A stretch of DNA of 64,000 bases from an uncultured Ureaplasma sp. (GTDB taxonomy: Bacteria; Bacillota_I; Bacilli_A; Mycoplasmatales; Mycoplasmoidaceae), in NCBI GenBank assembly GCA_902789825.1, contig CADAPK010000002.1, positions 18,275-82,274 on the forward strand, in the 5' to 3' direction. Under the pieces are notes generated by a model. It was given only the letters and a program-made list of their open reading frames with translations, made no database searches and had not been told where the DNA came from. Shown piece after piece: positions 22,815 to 33,789 of the stretch. The position numbers and the translations under genes were made by a program. Position 1 is the stretch's first letter, and each line of letters opens with the position of its first letter.

Positions 22815-23375
22815 ATGAAAGTTGTTGTTGGTCTTGGCAATATTGGAAAACAATTTGAAAATACGAGACATAATGTTGGTTTTTTAGTTGTTGATTATTT
22901 TTTAAAGAAATTAAAAATAAAACTTGATCAAGAAAATTTTGATTGTTTCTATACACTAGCAAAAATAAATAACGATAATTTTCTTTTTGCTAAACCAACA
23001 ACATTAATGAATTTATCCGGTAATTGTGTTCAAAAAATACTCAATTACTATCATGTTGCTAGTGAAAACCTAATCGTTTTTTCTGATGATTTAGATCAAG
23101 ATTTAGGTAAATATAAAACTCGTACCAGTTGTTCATGTGGTGGACATAATGGGTTAAGAGATATTTCCACAAAAATTAAGACAGATAATTATTTGCATTT
23201 TAAAATAGGAATTGGTCGACCAAAAGATAAAAATATTAAAGATTATGTTTTAGGCAAATTTAGTCGTGATGATTTGAATTGTCTTAAAAAAATTTTTGAA
23301 AAAGCTTATAAATTAATTCAATTAATTAGTTTAAATTCCTCAATTAATATTGCATTAAGCAAATTGAATAATTAG
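22815..23375 (+). CDS. pth: Peptidyl-tRNA hydrolase
   Basis: 186 aa. MKVVVGLGNIGKQFENTRHNVGF.. and ..GGHNGLRDI... Confidence 0.9.
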   Translation: MKVVVGLGNIGKQFENTRHNVGFLVVDYFLKKLKIKLDQENFDCFYTLAKINNDNFLFAKPTTLMNLSGNCVQKILNYYHVASENLIVFSDDLDQDLGKYKTRTSCSCGGHNGLRDISTKIKTDNYLHFKIGIGRPKDKNIKDYVLGKFSRDDLNCLKKIFEKAYKLIQLISLNSSINIALSKLNN

Positions 23376-23385
23376 AAAGATTAAG

Positions 23386-25338
23386 ATGAAAGTTATAAAA
23401 AGAGATGGTCGAATTGTCGATTTTGATGCAAAAAAAATTAGCAATGCTTTAATTGCTTCTATTATTGCAAATAAATTTTCTTTAAAAAGCATAGATGTCA
23501 ACAATATTACTGACATTATTGTTAAAAATTTAAAAGATAAAAAACAAAAAGATTATTCGGTTGAAGCAATTCAAGATATTGTTGTTGCAACACTATACAA
23601 GTTAAAATACTCAAAATTGGCAAAAAAATACGAAACATATAGAAAAGAGCGAAATAAAATCCGTGAACGAAATTCTAATTTAATGAATGTTATCACAAAA
23701 ATTGGGATTCAAACGGATAAGGACAATGCTAATGTTGGTAATAATTTTTCTGCAAAATTACTACGAATCGCTTCCGAAGCAAATAAATGACATATCCTAA
23801 CAAAACTATTACCAATTGATATTGCTCAATACCATGAAAATGGTGATTATTATATTCATGATTTAGATAGCTATAATTTAACAACAAATTGCTTACATTT
23901 ACCGACATATAAATTACTAAAAGAAGGGTTTAATACTGGTTATGGAACAATTTTACCAGCAAAGAATATTGAGTCCGCCGCTGCTATTTTATGCATTGCT
24001 TTACAGGCAAGTCAAAATGATATGTTTGGTGGACAATCCCACCCAAATTTCGATAATGATTTAGCTGATATTGTTGCGTTAACACGAAAAAAGATTATTA
24101 ACACAATTAAAGAAATTGGTGGCGATGTGACAAATAAAAAAATTATTGAAAATATTCTTGAAAAACGAATTAGACAAGCAATGCAAGCAGTAATTTACAA
24201 TTTGAATACAATGCATTCAAGAGCAGGTAGTCAAGTGCCTTTTTCCTCATTAAATATCGGTATCCCAAAAAATGATGATGCTGCTTTAATTTGTAAGTAT
24301 TTATTGCTCGAATATGAAAAAGGACTAGGTAATGGTGAACAACCAATTTTTCCTAATATTATTTTTCGCGTAAAAGATGGAGTTAATAAAAGACCTAATG
24401 ATAAATATTATTATTTATTTGAACTTGCTGCACGTGTCGCTAGTTTACGAATGAATCCAACTTTTATGAATATTGATAGTGATTTTAATAAACAGTACTA
24501 TCAGGAAGGAATTATTCCAGCAACAATGGGGTGCCGTACATATTTAATGTCCAATATTAATGGAAAAGATGGTGTCTATGGACGTGGTAACAATGCCCCA
24601 TGCACAATCAATTTAGTGCGTTTGGCAATTAAAGCAAAAAAAAATCTTAAATTATTTTTTAAATTACTAGAAAAAATGTGTGTTTTGGTTAAAGACCAAT
24701 TATTACATCGCTTTTCAATCCTAAAAAAACTTAAGGTTAAAGATTTGCCTTTTGTTACTGGTCAGCATTTAATGGTTGGATCAGAAAAATTAAATAGGAC
24801 GGATTCAATTGAAGCAGTAATGAAAAATGGAACATGAGCAATTGGTTTTATTGGTTTAGCAGAAACTCTTAAACTTTTAGTTGGTAAACATCATGGTGAA
24901 AGTGAAAAAGCGCAAAAGTTAGGTTTAAAAATCGTTAAAACAATTAGAGATAATTGCGATAAATTTAAGAAAAAATATCATTTAAATTTTAGTTGCTATG
25001 CTACTCCTGCGGAAGGACTTTCTGATAAATTTACCGTTCTTGATGAAAAATTATACGGTTCGATTCCTTGGGTTACAACAAAAGGATTTTACACAAATTC
25101 ATTCCATGTTCCTGTTGATTATCCTTGCTCAATTGCTCATAAAGTTAAAATCGAAGCACCATATCATAAATTGTGCAATGGTGGACATATCTCGTTTATT
25201 GAATTTGATTCATACCCAACTACTAATGATGTAATTAAAGTGGTTACATATGCTTTTGATAAAACAAATATTGGTTATATTGGAATTAATTTTTTTATTC
25301 GTTATTGTGCAGATTGCTCAAATAATAATGAAAATTAG
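23386..25338 (+). CDS. nrdD: Anaerobic (class III) ribonucleoside-triphosphate reductase, large fragment lacking the glycyl-radical loop
   Basis: Three same-frame pieces joined by TGA (verified). N-terminal ATP-cone (MKVIKRDGRIVDFDAKKISNAL..), ..YATPAEGLSDKF.., ..TNSFHVP... Ends ..GINFFIRY-CADC-SNNNEN-TAG (25336-25338), just after the first CxxC of the zinc ribbon. 650 aa. Confidence 0.88.
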
Positions 25339-25846
25339 ATTAGCTGCTATTTTACCTAATTCAAATGTAAATGGAGAAGGCTTACGGAAAGTTTTCTTTT
25401 CACAAGGTTGTCGTCATCATTGTCAAGGATGTTTTAATCAACATACTTGACCGTTTAATGGTGGAAAAATATGTGACTGTGACCAATTGATTAACGAAAC
25501 ACTAGAAGAAACATATTTATCAGGTGTAACATTTTGTGGTGGAGAACCATTCCAACAACCTATTCCTTTTGCATATTTAGCTAAAAAATTTAAAAAAAAT
25601 AAAATTAATATTTGATGCTTTACTGGCTATACATGGGAAGAATTACAAAATTTAATGAAAGATGATAGCAATATTAAAGATCTATTAACAAATCTGGATG
25701 TGTTAATTGATGGAAGATTTGATAAAACAAAAATGAATACGAAAGATAAATTTCCTAGTACAACTAATCAACGAGTTATTGATGTCCAAAAAAGTTTGAA
25801 AATTGGCAAAGTTGTTTTGTGAAAAAAACAATTTGTTTTAGTATAA
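25328..25846 (+). CDS. nrdG: Anaerobic ribonucleotide reductase activating protein (radical SAM)
   Basis: ATG 25328 overlaps the nrdD stop. ..NVNGEGLRKVFFSQG-CRHHCQGC-FN.. (CxxxCxxC) and ..GVTFCGGEP... Three in-frame TGA. TAA 25844-25846 (verified). 172 aa. Confidence 0.88.
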
Positions 25847-25854
25847 TACTCATT

Positions 25855-26034
25855 ATGAAAACTGTTTATCTAAAACCACACCAAAAAGTTTGTCCTGTTT
25901 GCGGTTCAACACATATCATTGAGATAAGTAGAATAACTGGTTATTTAGCATTTAATGAACGATTTGGTAGTGGTAAAACTAAAGAAAGAAGTAAACGAAT
26001 AGATCATAACAATAAGCACAAAAAAATTTATTAA
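25855..26034 (+). CDS. Stand-alone NrdD C-terminal module: second zinc-ribbon knuckle plus glycyl-radical loop
   Basis: 59 codons in the same frame as nrdD. MKTVYLKPHQKV-CPVC-GSTHIIEIS-RITGY-LAFNERFGSGKTKERSKRIDH.. matches the CxxC..RxxGY..basic tail that normally ends a single-chain NrdD. The track lists it from GTG 25819; ATG 25855 is preferred. Confidence 0.75.
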   Translation: MKTVYLKPHQKVCPVCGSTHIIEISRITGYLAFNERFGSGKTKERSKRIDHNNKHKKIY

Positions 26035-26071
26035 ATCTAAAGTGTTTCTTTTGTTTTAACGATTTTTAAAC

Positions 26072-26653
26072 CTAATTTTTACTTAACGAATGGCAGTGAC
26101 GACAACGAGCAGAATATATTTTTTTATCACCAATTACAATTTGCTTTTTGCTATTAATATTTGTTCGCTCTGTGAAAGAAGCTTCGGCACCACAAATTGA
26201 ACAAATTGCTTTTAATTTAGTTACCTTTTCAGCAGTAATTATTAGTTCTTTCATTGTTGAAAAAGGTTTACCATTAAAATCCATATCTAATCCAGAAACT
26301 ATGACAATGTATTTTTTATTTGCCAAATAATTACAAACTCGTGATAAATTTTTATCAAAAAATTGGGCTTCATCAATTGCGATAACATCAATTTTTTCCT
26401 TTTTGTTTTTAATATATTTAAATATTTCATTGGAATTAGAAATAATAATTGATGATAATTTTTCCCCATTTCGTGATGTCGCATATCTTGGTGATCTTGT
26501 ATCAATTTTTGGTGTAAACAATAAATAATGTGCATCGCAATAATTAAGACGATTCAATCGGTGTATTAATTCTTCAGTTTTACCAGAAAACATTGGCCCA
26601 CAAATAACTTCTATTCGACCTCTTGAGACACCAAAAGAATTTATTTTTGCCAT
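26072..26653 (-). CDS. tdk: Thymidine kinase
   Basis: 193 aa. P-loop GPMFSGKTEEL and C-terminal zinc motif ..CSICG..CRHCH... Confidence 0.93.
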   Translation of the reverse strand: MAKINSFGVSRGRIEVICGPMFSGKTEELIHRLNRLNYCDAHYLLFTPKIDTRSPRYATSRNGEKLSSIIISNSNEIFKYIKNKKEKIDVIAIDEAQFFDKNLSRVCNYLANKKYIVIVSGLDMDFNGKPFSTMKELIITAEKVTKLKAICSICGAEASFTERTNINSKKQIVIGDKKIYSARCRHCHSLSKN

Positions 26654-26668
26654 AATGAATATTATAAA

Positions 26669-27766
26669 TTAGACATTAAAACGATAGTAACAAACATCAC
26701 CATCTTTAACAATGTAATCTTTACCTTCAATTCTCAATAATCCTTTGTTTTTTACTTCATTCTCGGATTTTAATTTAATTAAATCGTTTGCATTCATCAC
26801 TTCAACACGGATAAAACCTTTTTTTATGTCGCTATGAATTAAACCACCACAATCTGGGGCCTTCATTCCATTAACAAATGTTCATGCCTTAACCTCGTCT
26901 TTTCCAAATGTAAAAAAAGATGATAAATTTAGTAATTTATAGGATTTGGTAATCAATTTATCTAATCCCGATTCGTTTAAATTTAATTCTTTAATTATTT
27001 TGCTCTTTTCTATAAGTGGCAATGTAGAAAGTTGTTGTTCGAAGCGAATAGAAATAGGTAAAACTATATCTTTTTTACTAACAAATGCTTTTAATTTTTG
27101 ATAGTAAAGATTTGCTGTTGGGTTAGTTAAATCATTTTCATCGATATTAGCAACATATAATGTCGGCTTAATCGTTAAAAAATTATCTAATTTGATTAGA
27201 TCTTTTTCAGCAGATGATAATTCCAAATCTTTTAATAATTTATTTTGTAATAAATGATTTTTAATTTTTGCATATATATTGTTAAATTTGACTGATATTT
27301 TATCACCCGATAAAGCTTTAGAATGAACACGTGAAATTTTCTTATTAACAAGATCTAAATCTGAAATAATCAATTCCATATTTATAATTTCAACATCTCT
27401 TTGGGGGTCAACATTATTGTATACATGTGTTATTCCTTTATCATTAAAACATCTTACAATGTGACATATCGCACTAACTTCACGAATGTTTGCTAAAAAT
27501 TGATTGCCTAATCCTTCTCCTTTTGACGCCCCTTTTACTAAACCAGCAATGTCAATGAATTGACAAATAGCTGGTGTTGTTTTTTGGGGATTAATTATAT
27601 TTTTCAATTGCTCTAATCGCATATCAGGAACGGCAACAACACCAATATTGGGTGTAATTGTTGCAAAAGGATAATTGGAAGCATCAACATTTAAATTAGT
27701 AATGGCATTAAAAAGAGTTGATTTTCCTACATTCGGTAAACCAACGATTCCAATTGATAATTTCAT
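26669..27766 (-). CDS. ychF: Ribosome-binding ATPase YchF
   Basis: Two same-frame track ORFs joined by TGA. GIVGLPNVGKSTLFNA and a C-terminal TGS/YchF domain (..VRAWT-like..GKDYIVKDGDV..). 365 aa. Confidence 0.92.
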
Positions 27767-27794
27767 ATTTATTCTAAAAAATAATTAACAAAAA

Positions 27795-28247
27795 TTATTC
27801 TGGTTCGTCTGGAGTGTTTTGTTCGCTGTCGTCCAATAAATCTGTTTGATCTTTTTTTGATGTTTGATTATAATTAAATTTTTCATCATCTTCCTCATCA
27901 GCTCCATAATAAATTTCGTTATCATTTGTTTTCTTAGTTTCAGATTTTGAATAAGTGTCACCATTTTCTTCATCTTCTTGCTCAAAGTCATATAATGCAT
28001 TTTCCAATTTTACAATTTCATCATGTTTTAAAAATTCACGAATCTTCCATTTTTTATTACCAACAAAAATAAATCTTTTATCTTGTAATAGATCAACATA
28101 AAATTGCGAAATATTTTTTTGTTCTTCTTCATCGAATTTACATTTTTTTACTAAATCTTTTCAAATTTGCATAAAAGTAAAAGATTTGTTTTTGTAATTT
28201 TTTAACGCCAATTCGTAAGCTAAAGTAATATTTTGTTTAGTAATCAT
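27795..28247 (-). CDS. rpoE: DNA-directed RNA polymerase delta subunit
   Basis: ATG 28247 is in frame with track ORF 27795..28007 (verified). N-terminal domain ..ISQFYVDLLQDKRFIFVGNKKWKIREF.. followed by a strongly acidic tail. 150 aa. Confidence 0.8.
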
Positions 28248-28277
28248 TTTTACTACATTTAATTATATATGTAATCA

Positions 28278-29735
28278 TTATTTGCTCTTATTTAAAAAAG
28301 CAATATATTTGTTAATTCGGTCTTGTATTTCTTTTTTACCTAATATTGGAATTATTTTTAATAATTCTGGCCCATGCTCAACACCAGTAACAAGTAATCT
28401 AATTGGCATAAACAAATCTTTACCCGATGCTTTTGTTATTACCTTTATTTGACTAAAAATTTTTTTTGTATTTTCCAAATCAATTTTTTTGGTTTGGCTA
28501 ATTAATGAAATAAAATTTTGTGCAACTTTTTGTCATTGTTCGCTAACTATTTTCCTACAAATTTCTTGTGGGTTATAAGTAAAAAAAGTATTATGAATTA
28601 AATCATTGATTTCTTTGGCATAACTAATTTGCTTTTTATACAATAATAAAATCTCATCAATTTGATTTTCGAATTTACTTAAATCAATATTAATAAATTT
28701 TTTAATAAACGATAAATAATCCATATCTGCCATTTTACTAATATATTGATTGCTCATTCATTTCATTCGATCAAAATCAAAGAAACAAGGTGATTTCGAA
28801 ACACGATCAACATCAAAATCTTTAATTAATTGCTCCATACTTAATATTTCAACATTTGTTTTTGGCGACCAACCTAATAGTGCCAAAAAATTAGTAACGG
28901 CATGAGGAAAAAAACCTAAATCACGGTAGTTTTGAATAAATTGATGTAAAGTTTGATCTCGTTTGGATAATTTTTTACCATCCTTACCAACAATTAATGA
29001 TATGTGACCATATTCGACTTTACTATTAGCAAAACCTAAAGTATCGCGGATAGCAATTTGATAAGGAGTGTTGGAAATATGCTCTTCACCGCGAATAATA
29101 TGGGTTATTTTCATGTCATAATCGTCGATAACAACAGCAAAATTGTACATGGCGATCCCATTGGATTTTAAAATAACCGGATCGGTTAAACAATTAGTGG
29201 GAACAATAATTTTACCTCGGAACATATCGTTTCATGATATTGTTGTGTTGTCACTAATTTTTAGTCGAATTGTGCAAGGGATTTTATCATCTATTTTTTT
29301 TTGTATTTCTTTTTTTGATAAAAAAAGACAATGACGATTATATTTTGGCGTTATACCTTTGTTTGAAGCATTAATTCGATTTTGTATTAATTCGTCTTGC
29401 GTACAAAAACATCTGTATGCCTTCCCTTCAGACAGTAATTTATATGCTAAATCTCTATACCTTTGTAATTTTTGTGATTGAATATATGGGCCAAATTCTT
29501 TGGGATTTTCGCACGATTCATCTGGTTTAATTCCTAATCATTTGAGATTAGAAAATTGCGATTTGATCCCCCCTACAACATTACGCTTAATATCAGTATC
29601 TTCAATTCTAACAATAAAATCACCATTATTGTGTTTAGCAAATAAATAATTAAATAATGCTGTTCGCGCACCACCAATGTGAAAAAAACCAGTTGGACTT
29701 GGTGCATATCTTGTTCTAATCTTGCTCACCATCAT
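28278..29735 (-). CDS. gltX: Glutamate--tRNA ligase
   Basis: Four same-frame track ORFs joined by TGA (largest gap verified). HIGH region [20 protein letters not shown] and KMSKS-like GKKLSKRD. 485 aa. Confidence 0.93.
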
Positions 29736-29768
29736 TTTGATTATATTTAATCGCCGTTTTTGATTTTC

Positions 29769-30563
29769 TTAACAAATCAAATCTTCGTAGATCTTAAATA
29801 ATGTTTGATAATCAAGTTGTTCAGCGCGAATGTTCAAATTTATTTTGTGATTCGCTAACCAATTTTGAATTTGATTTTTTAAAGGATAATTGTTTATAAT
29901 TTTTTTTCGTTTAAACTTAAAAATGACGTTTAAAAATTTATGAAAATTAAAATCATATTCAATATCTTTCTTTTTTGTTAATGATATAAATGAAGAATTT
30001 ATTCGTGGTCGTGGGAAAAAGCAATTGCGATCAACATCAAAAAATTTTTCAATGCGACAACAATAGTTGACAATATTGCTAAAAGCATTGCGATTGTGAT
30101 TTATTTGATAATGATATATCTTTGCGGCAACCTCAAATTGCATCATAAAATACATTTTCATTATTTTTTTGTTTTTTAAGCATTTAATAATAATTGGTGA
30201 AGTTATATTGTAAGGAATGTTAGCAACGACAAGAATTTGCTGAAAATTGGCAAACAATTGGTCAAAATTTATTTTCAGAATATCATCATTAATTAAATAA
30301 AAGTTTTTTTTCTTAATAAATTTTTTTTGCAAAGAAGAAAATAATTTTTTATCAAGTTCGACACAAAATAAATGCTTGCTTTTAGCAATTAAAAAATTAG
30401 TAAGAACACCCGTACCAGGACCAATTTCCAAAATAGCATCATATTGGTCAACATCACTAATTGTTTGGTAAATATCACTAATTGTTTTGTGATCTATTAA
30501 AAAATTTTGTCCCTTATTTTTGGAAGGGGTGAATGAACTTAGATTAAAATCTTTTTTTTGCAT
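29769..30563 (-). CDS. rsmA: 16S rRNA (adenine1518/1519-N6)-dimethyltransferase
   Basis: 264 aa. ..KGQNFLID.. and SAM motif ILEIGPGTGVLT; ..NIPYNITSP... Confidence 0.9.
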   Translation of the reverse strand: MQKKDFNLSSFTPSKNKGQNFLIDHKTISDIYQTISDVDQYDAILEIGPGTGVLTNFLIAKSKHLFCVELDKKLFSSLQKKFIKKKNFYLINDDILKINFDQLFANFQQILVVANIPYNITSPIIIKCLKNKKIMKMYFMMQFEVAAKIYHYQINHNRNAFSNIVNYCCRIEKFFDVDRNCFFPRPRINSSFISLTKKKDIEYDFNFHKFLNVIFKFKRKKIINNYPLKNQIQNWLANHKINLNIRAEQLDYQTLFKIYEDLIC

Positions 30564-30590
30564 AAAGCAATATATTATTCATTAAATTAA

Positions 30591-31709
30591 TTAAAAATCA
30601 AAATTAATTTTGAATTTTTTATTTGCATGTTTTCGGCGTAGTAAAATTTTATGTAACATGTATGATTGAACAACACTAAAAATTGAACTAAGAAATCAAT
30701 AAATACCCACACCACATGGTGAAAAGACAACGATTAAACACATGACAACAATAAAAATATTTTGCGACATTTTTGTTTTATTAAATGGACCGCTCCCATT
30801 TGATGATAAATTCGGACTATTGTTGTATCGTTTTTTAGCTAAAATTTGTGGTATTTTCAATGAAAAAAATTGTCCAAACATTACAATAATTAAAAAGAAA
30901 GTGTAAATTCAACCTCCGCGGTTAAAATTGGAAAAAGTTTCTGTTAAAGGATTGGCAGAAAAAGACCAAATATTAAATAACACCGAACTTTTTACTGGAC
31001 GTACAATTCCAACAATTCGATAAATAATTAAGAAAATTGGCATTGTTAAAAACATTTGTTGAAAAGCTGCAAAAGGTTTTATTTTGTTTTTTTTATAGAG
31101 GCTAGTAATTTCATGTTGCTTCATTTGCCGTGATTTAAAATCCTTTAAATCTTTATATTTATCGTTGATTTGTGATATCTTGCTTTTTATTTCTAACATT
31201 TTTTCGTTTTGAAATGTTGATTTTAACGACAATAACAATGTTGAACCACGAATAATTAACAATAAAATAAATAATGATAATAATGTATTTGTACCTCCTC
31301 AATATTTACGTGTTATATACATAAAATTTGTGATAAAAAAAGCCGCTGGTCAAACGAAGAAAGCATAAAAAGGACCATATGCCATTGACCAATCCGTAAA
31401 AGTTGAATACTGACTAAAATTAGATGCAGCTTGAACATCAAAATTGTAATCACCGGTTGTCCCAAATTTATAACCGTATTCTAAACCACAACCAATGTTT
31501 AAATTTTGCGATGTTGTTGAATCAAATGAAGTTTGTGAACAACCTCACAATCCCATTACTAACATAAAAATAAAAATTGATAGTTTAATGAAAAAAAAAA
31601 TTTGTTTAAAAAATTTTTTTATCGTGTTCTTTTTATTGTTATCACCAATTTGTCAAAAAGGACTACTAACAAAATTTGTTTCATTTTTGTTACGATTAAA
31701 AATTTGCAT
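30591..31709 (-). CDS. yidC: Membrane protein insertase YidC, lipoprotein-type signal
   Basis: ATG 31709 to TAA 30591, one frame through several TGA (verified codon by codon). Lipobox ..MLVMGLWG-C-SQ... Core ..KMLEIKSKISQINDKYKD..QQMFLTMPIFLIIY... 372 aa. Conserved rpmH-rnpA-yidC order. Confidence 0.85.
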
Positions 31710-32043
31710 ATTGTTTAAAAGTTTCAATAAAAAAATGCTTGTTTTGATTATAACTAAAATTGATAAAATCACTCGTAGGTCTGATTAGAAATGTCAATCC
31801 ACCAGTCGTTACAATTTCTTGCAATAAAGAACGCAAAGTTCGCTTAATTTTGTTGCGAGTAACTGCTAATTTAAAATAACTTTTATTAACAAGCAGTGCA
31901 TATTTAAAAACCGCTTTATTATTGAATTTAACTAATCAAATACTACTATTTTTCAAGGTAATTTTCTTACCTTTATGCAAAACTTTAACAATATCTTTAT
32001 TTAACCTTAAACTAACAAGTTTAATCGCATTTTTACTTTTCAT
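31696..32043 (-). CDS. rnpA: Ribonuclease P protein component
   Basis: 115 aa, basic, ..[16 protein letters not shown].. (RNR-motif region). One in-frame TGA. Overlaps the rpmH stop and the yidC start. Not in the ORF track. Confidence 0.8.
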
Positions 32044-32179
32044 CCGAAACAGTCAATTTATAACGACCTTTTTTTCGACGATTAGCAATTATTTTGCGAC
32101 CTTTTTTTGTCCTCGATCTAACCAAAAAACCATGCGTTTTAGACCTTTTTTTCTTATTTGGTTGATAAGTTCTTTTCAT
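32033..32179 (-). CDS. rpmH: 50S ribosomal protein L34
   Basis: [44 protein letters not shown].. 48 aa. Too short for the track. Confidence 0.92.
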   Translation of the reverse strand: MKRTYQPNKKKRSKTHGFLVRSRTKKGRKIIANRRKKGRYKLTVSDEK

Positions 32180-32276
32180 AATCTTTAAAATTATTAGTAA
32201 AACTAATTTTAAACGAAAATATTATATATTATTAGTATGATTATCTTTAGATGTATTGCCATTAAAATTTAATTTT

Positions 32277-33635
32277 ATGAATAAAATTGATTTAAAACTC
32301 ATTGAAGCGACATTCAAAAATACGATTGGCGAAATTGAAAAAATAATTGATAATGTCGATTTTTTTAATCAATATATAGCAACATTAATTATTCATTCAA
32401 TTGATAACAATAAGATAATTTTGTTGGCAAAAAACGAGTTTGCACAACAAATTATTACCAATAATTACTTGCCAAAAATTGAAGAAATTTTTAACAAAAA
32501 TGTCCCATTAATGAATTTTGAATTTTTTGTTACGACAAAAGAAAAAATCCCACAAAAAAAAGAAGTCACTATAAACAATATCATGATAACTGCTGAAGGA
32601 ATAAATAAAAATTATACTTTCGCAAATTTTATTATTGGTGACTTTAATAAAAAAGCCGTCTTATCAAGTAAATCTGTTACATCCAATAATTTTATTAATC
32701 CTTTATTTATTTGTGCAAGTGTTGGTTTGGGTAAAACACATTTACTTTATGCTATTGGTAATGAATATAACAAGAAATTCCCTTTTAAAATGATTAAGTA
32801 TATTTCAGCTGATGATTTTTCACGCGAAATATATAAAGCATTGTATGATCAAAACAAAATGGCGATTGAACTCGTAAAAGCAAAATACGAAAAATACGAT
32901 TTGCTACTAATTGACGATATTCAAATCTTATTAAATAAAAATAAAATACGTGAAATTCTTTTCAATATTTTTAACAATAATGTTGCCAATGGCAAATATG
33001 TTGTCTGAACGTCAGACACTGATCCCGATAACTTAGAAGGCTTTGAACAACGAATAAAATCTCGTTTTCATTCTGGTATATTTGCAACGATAAAAAAACC
33101 TGACAAAGCAATGCTAAAAAGCATTGCGAAAGAAAAAATGAAAAATTTAAATACCGATATTGTCCTTTCTGAAGATGCATTAAATTACATCGCTAATCGT
33201 AATAATGGTGATATCAGAAGATTGGAGGGCCAAATCAATCAAATCTTTTTTTTTGCTTCAAGCAATTCTTTAAAAAAACCAGTTATTGATTTACAAACTG
33301 TAAAGACAATTTTTGAACCTCTAAATAAAAATGAAATAAAAAAATATGGCCTTGATTTTGATCCGAATATTATTATTGAACAAGTAGCTTTAAATTATGG
33401 TGTCAATGCAAATATGCTTAAATCAAAATCTCGTATGGGTAAATTAGTAAACCCAAGAAATATAGCGATGTATATTTTAAGAAAAAAATGTGATATGACT
33501 TATGCCCATATTGGACAACTATTTTCGGGACGCCATCATTCAACGATAATTACGGCAATAAATAATGTTGAAATGCTTCTAAATAAAAATACTGATCTCA
33601 AAAATATAATTGAAAAAATTTACTACAAAATTTAA
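32277..33635 (+). CDS. dnaA: Chromosomal replication initiator protein DnaA
   Basis: ATG 32277 (the track starts at an upstream TTG). Two same-frame ORFs joined by one TGA. Walker A ..SVGLGKTHLL.., ..LLLIDDIQ.., C-terminal DNA-binding ..NPRNIAMYILRK..HIGQLFSGRHHSTI... 452 aa. Confidence 0.93.
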
Positions 33636-33715
33636 TTAATTTCTTGTAACTAAATTGATTAAAAGTTTTAGTTTCAAAATAAATTATGATGCCTAAAACA
33701 ACATATTACACCAAC

Positions 33716-33724
33716 TTATCAACA
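33716..33724 (+). promoter_or_regulatory. DnaA-box-like nonamer TTATCAACA in the dnaA-dnaN spacer
   Basis: One mismatch to the TTATCCACA consensus. Sits in an A-rich 154-nt spacer. It is the only good match I found by eye in either dnaA-flanking spacer. Confidence 0.4.
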
Positions 33725-33789
33725 TTAGTAAACAAAGAAAAAGAAGCAAAAAGAAAATATAATAATATACCAAATAAACAAAAAAATAA

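Noticed and set aside
25339-25854. The interruption of nrdD could be a group I intron (as in phage T4 nrdD) or an intein.
   Set aside because: The whole gap is occupied by a normal nrdG ORF (25328-25846), leaving 8 nt before the mini-ORF, so there is no room for a ribozyme core. The intervening protein is a radical-SAM activase with no intein splice-junction or endonuclease motifs, and it is in a different frame from nrdD.
25819-25854. GTG-initiated longer version of the glycyl-radical mini-ORF (71 aa as listed in the track).
   Set aside because: The extra N-terminal residues (MKKTICFSIILI) overlap the end of nrdG and have no counterpart in NrdD. ATG 25855 gives a peptide that aligns from the zinc-ribbon loop onward. 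The longer form cannot be strictly excluded.
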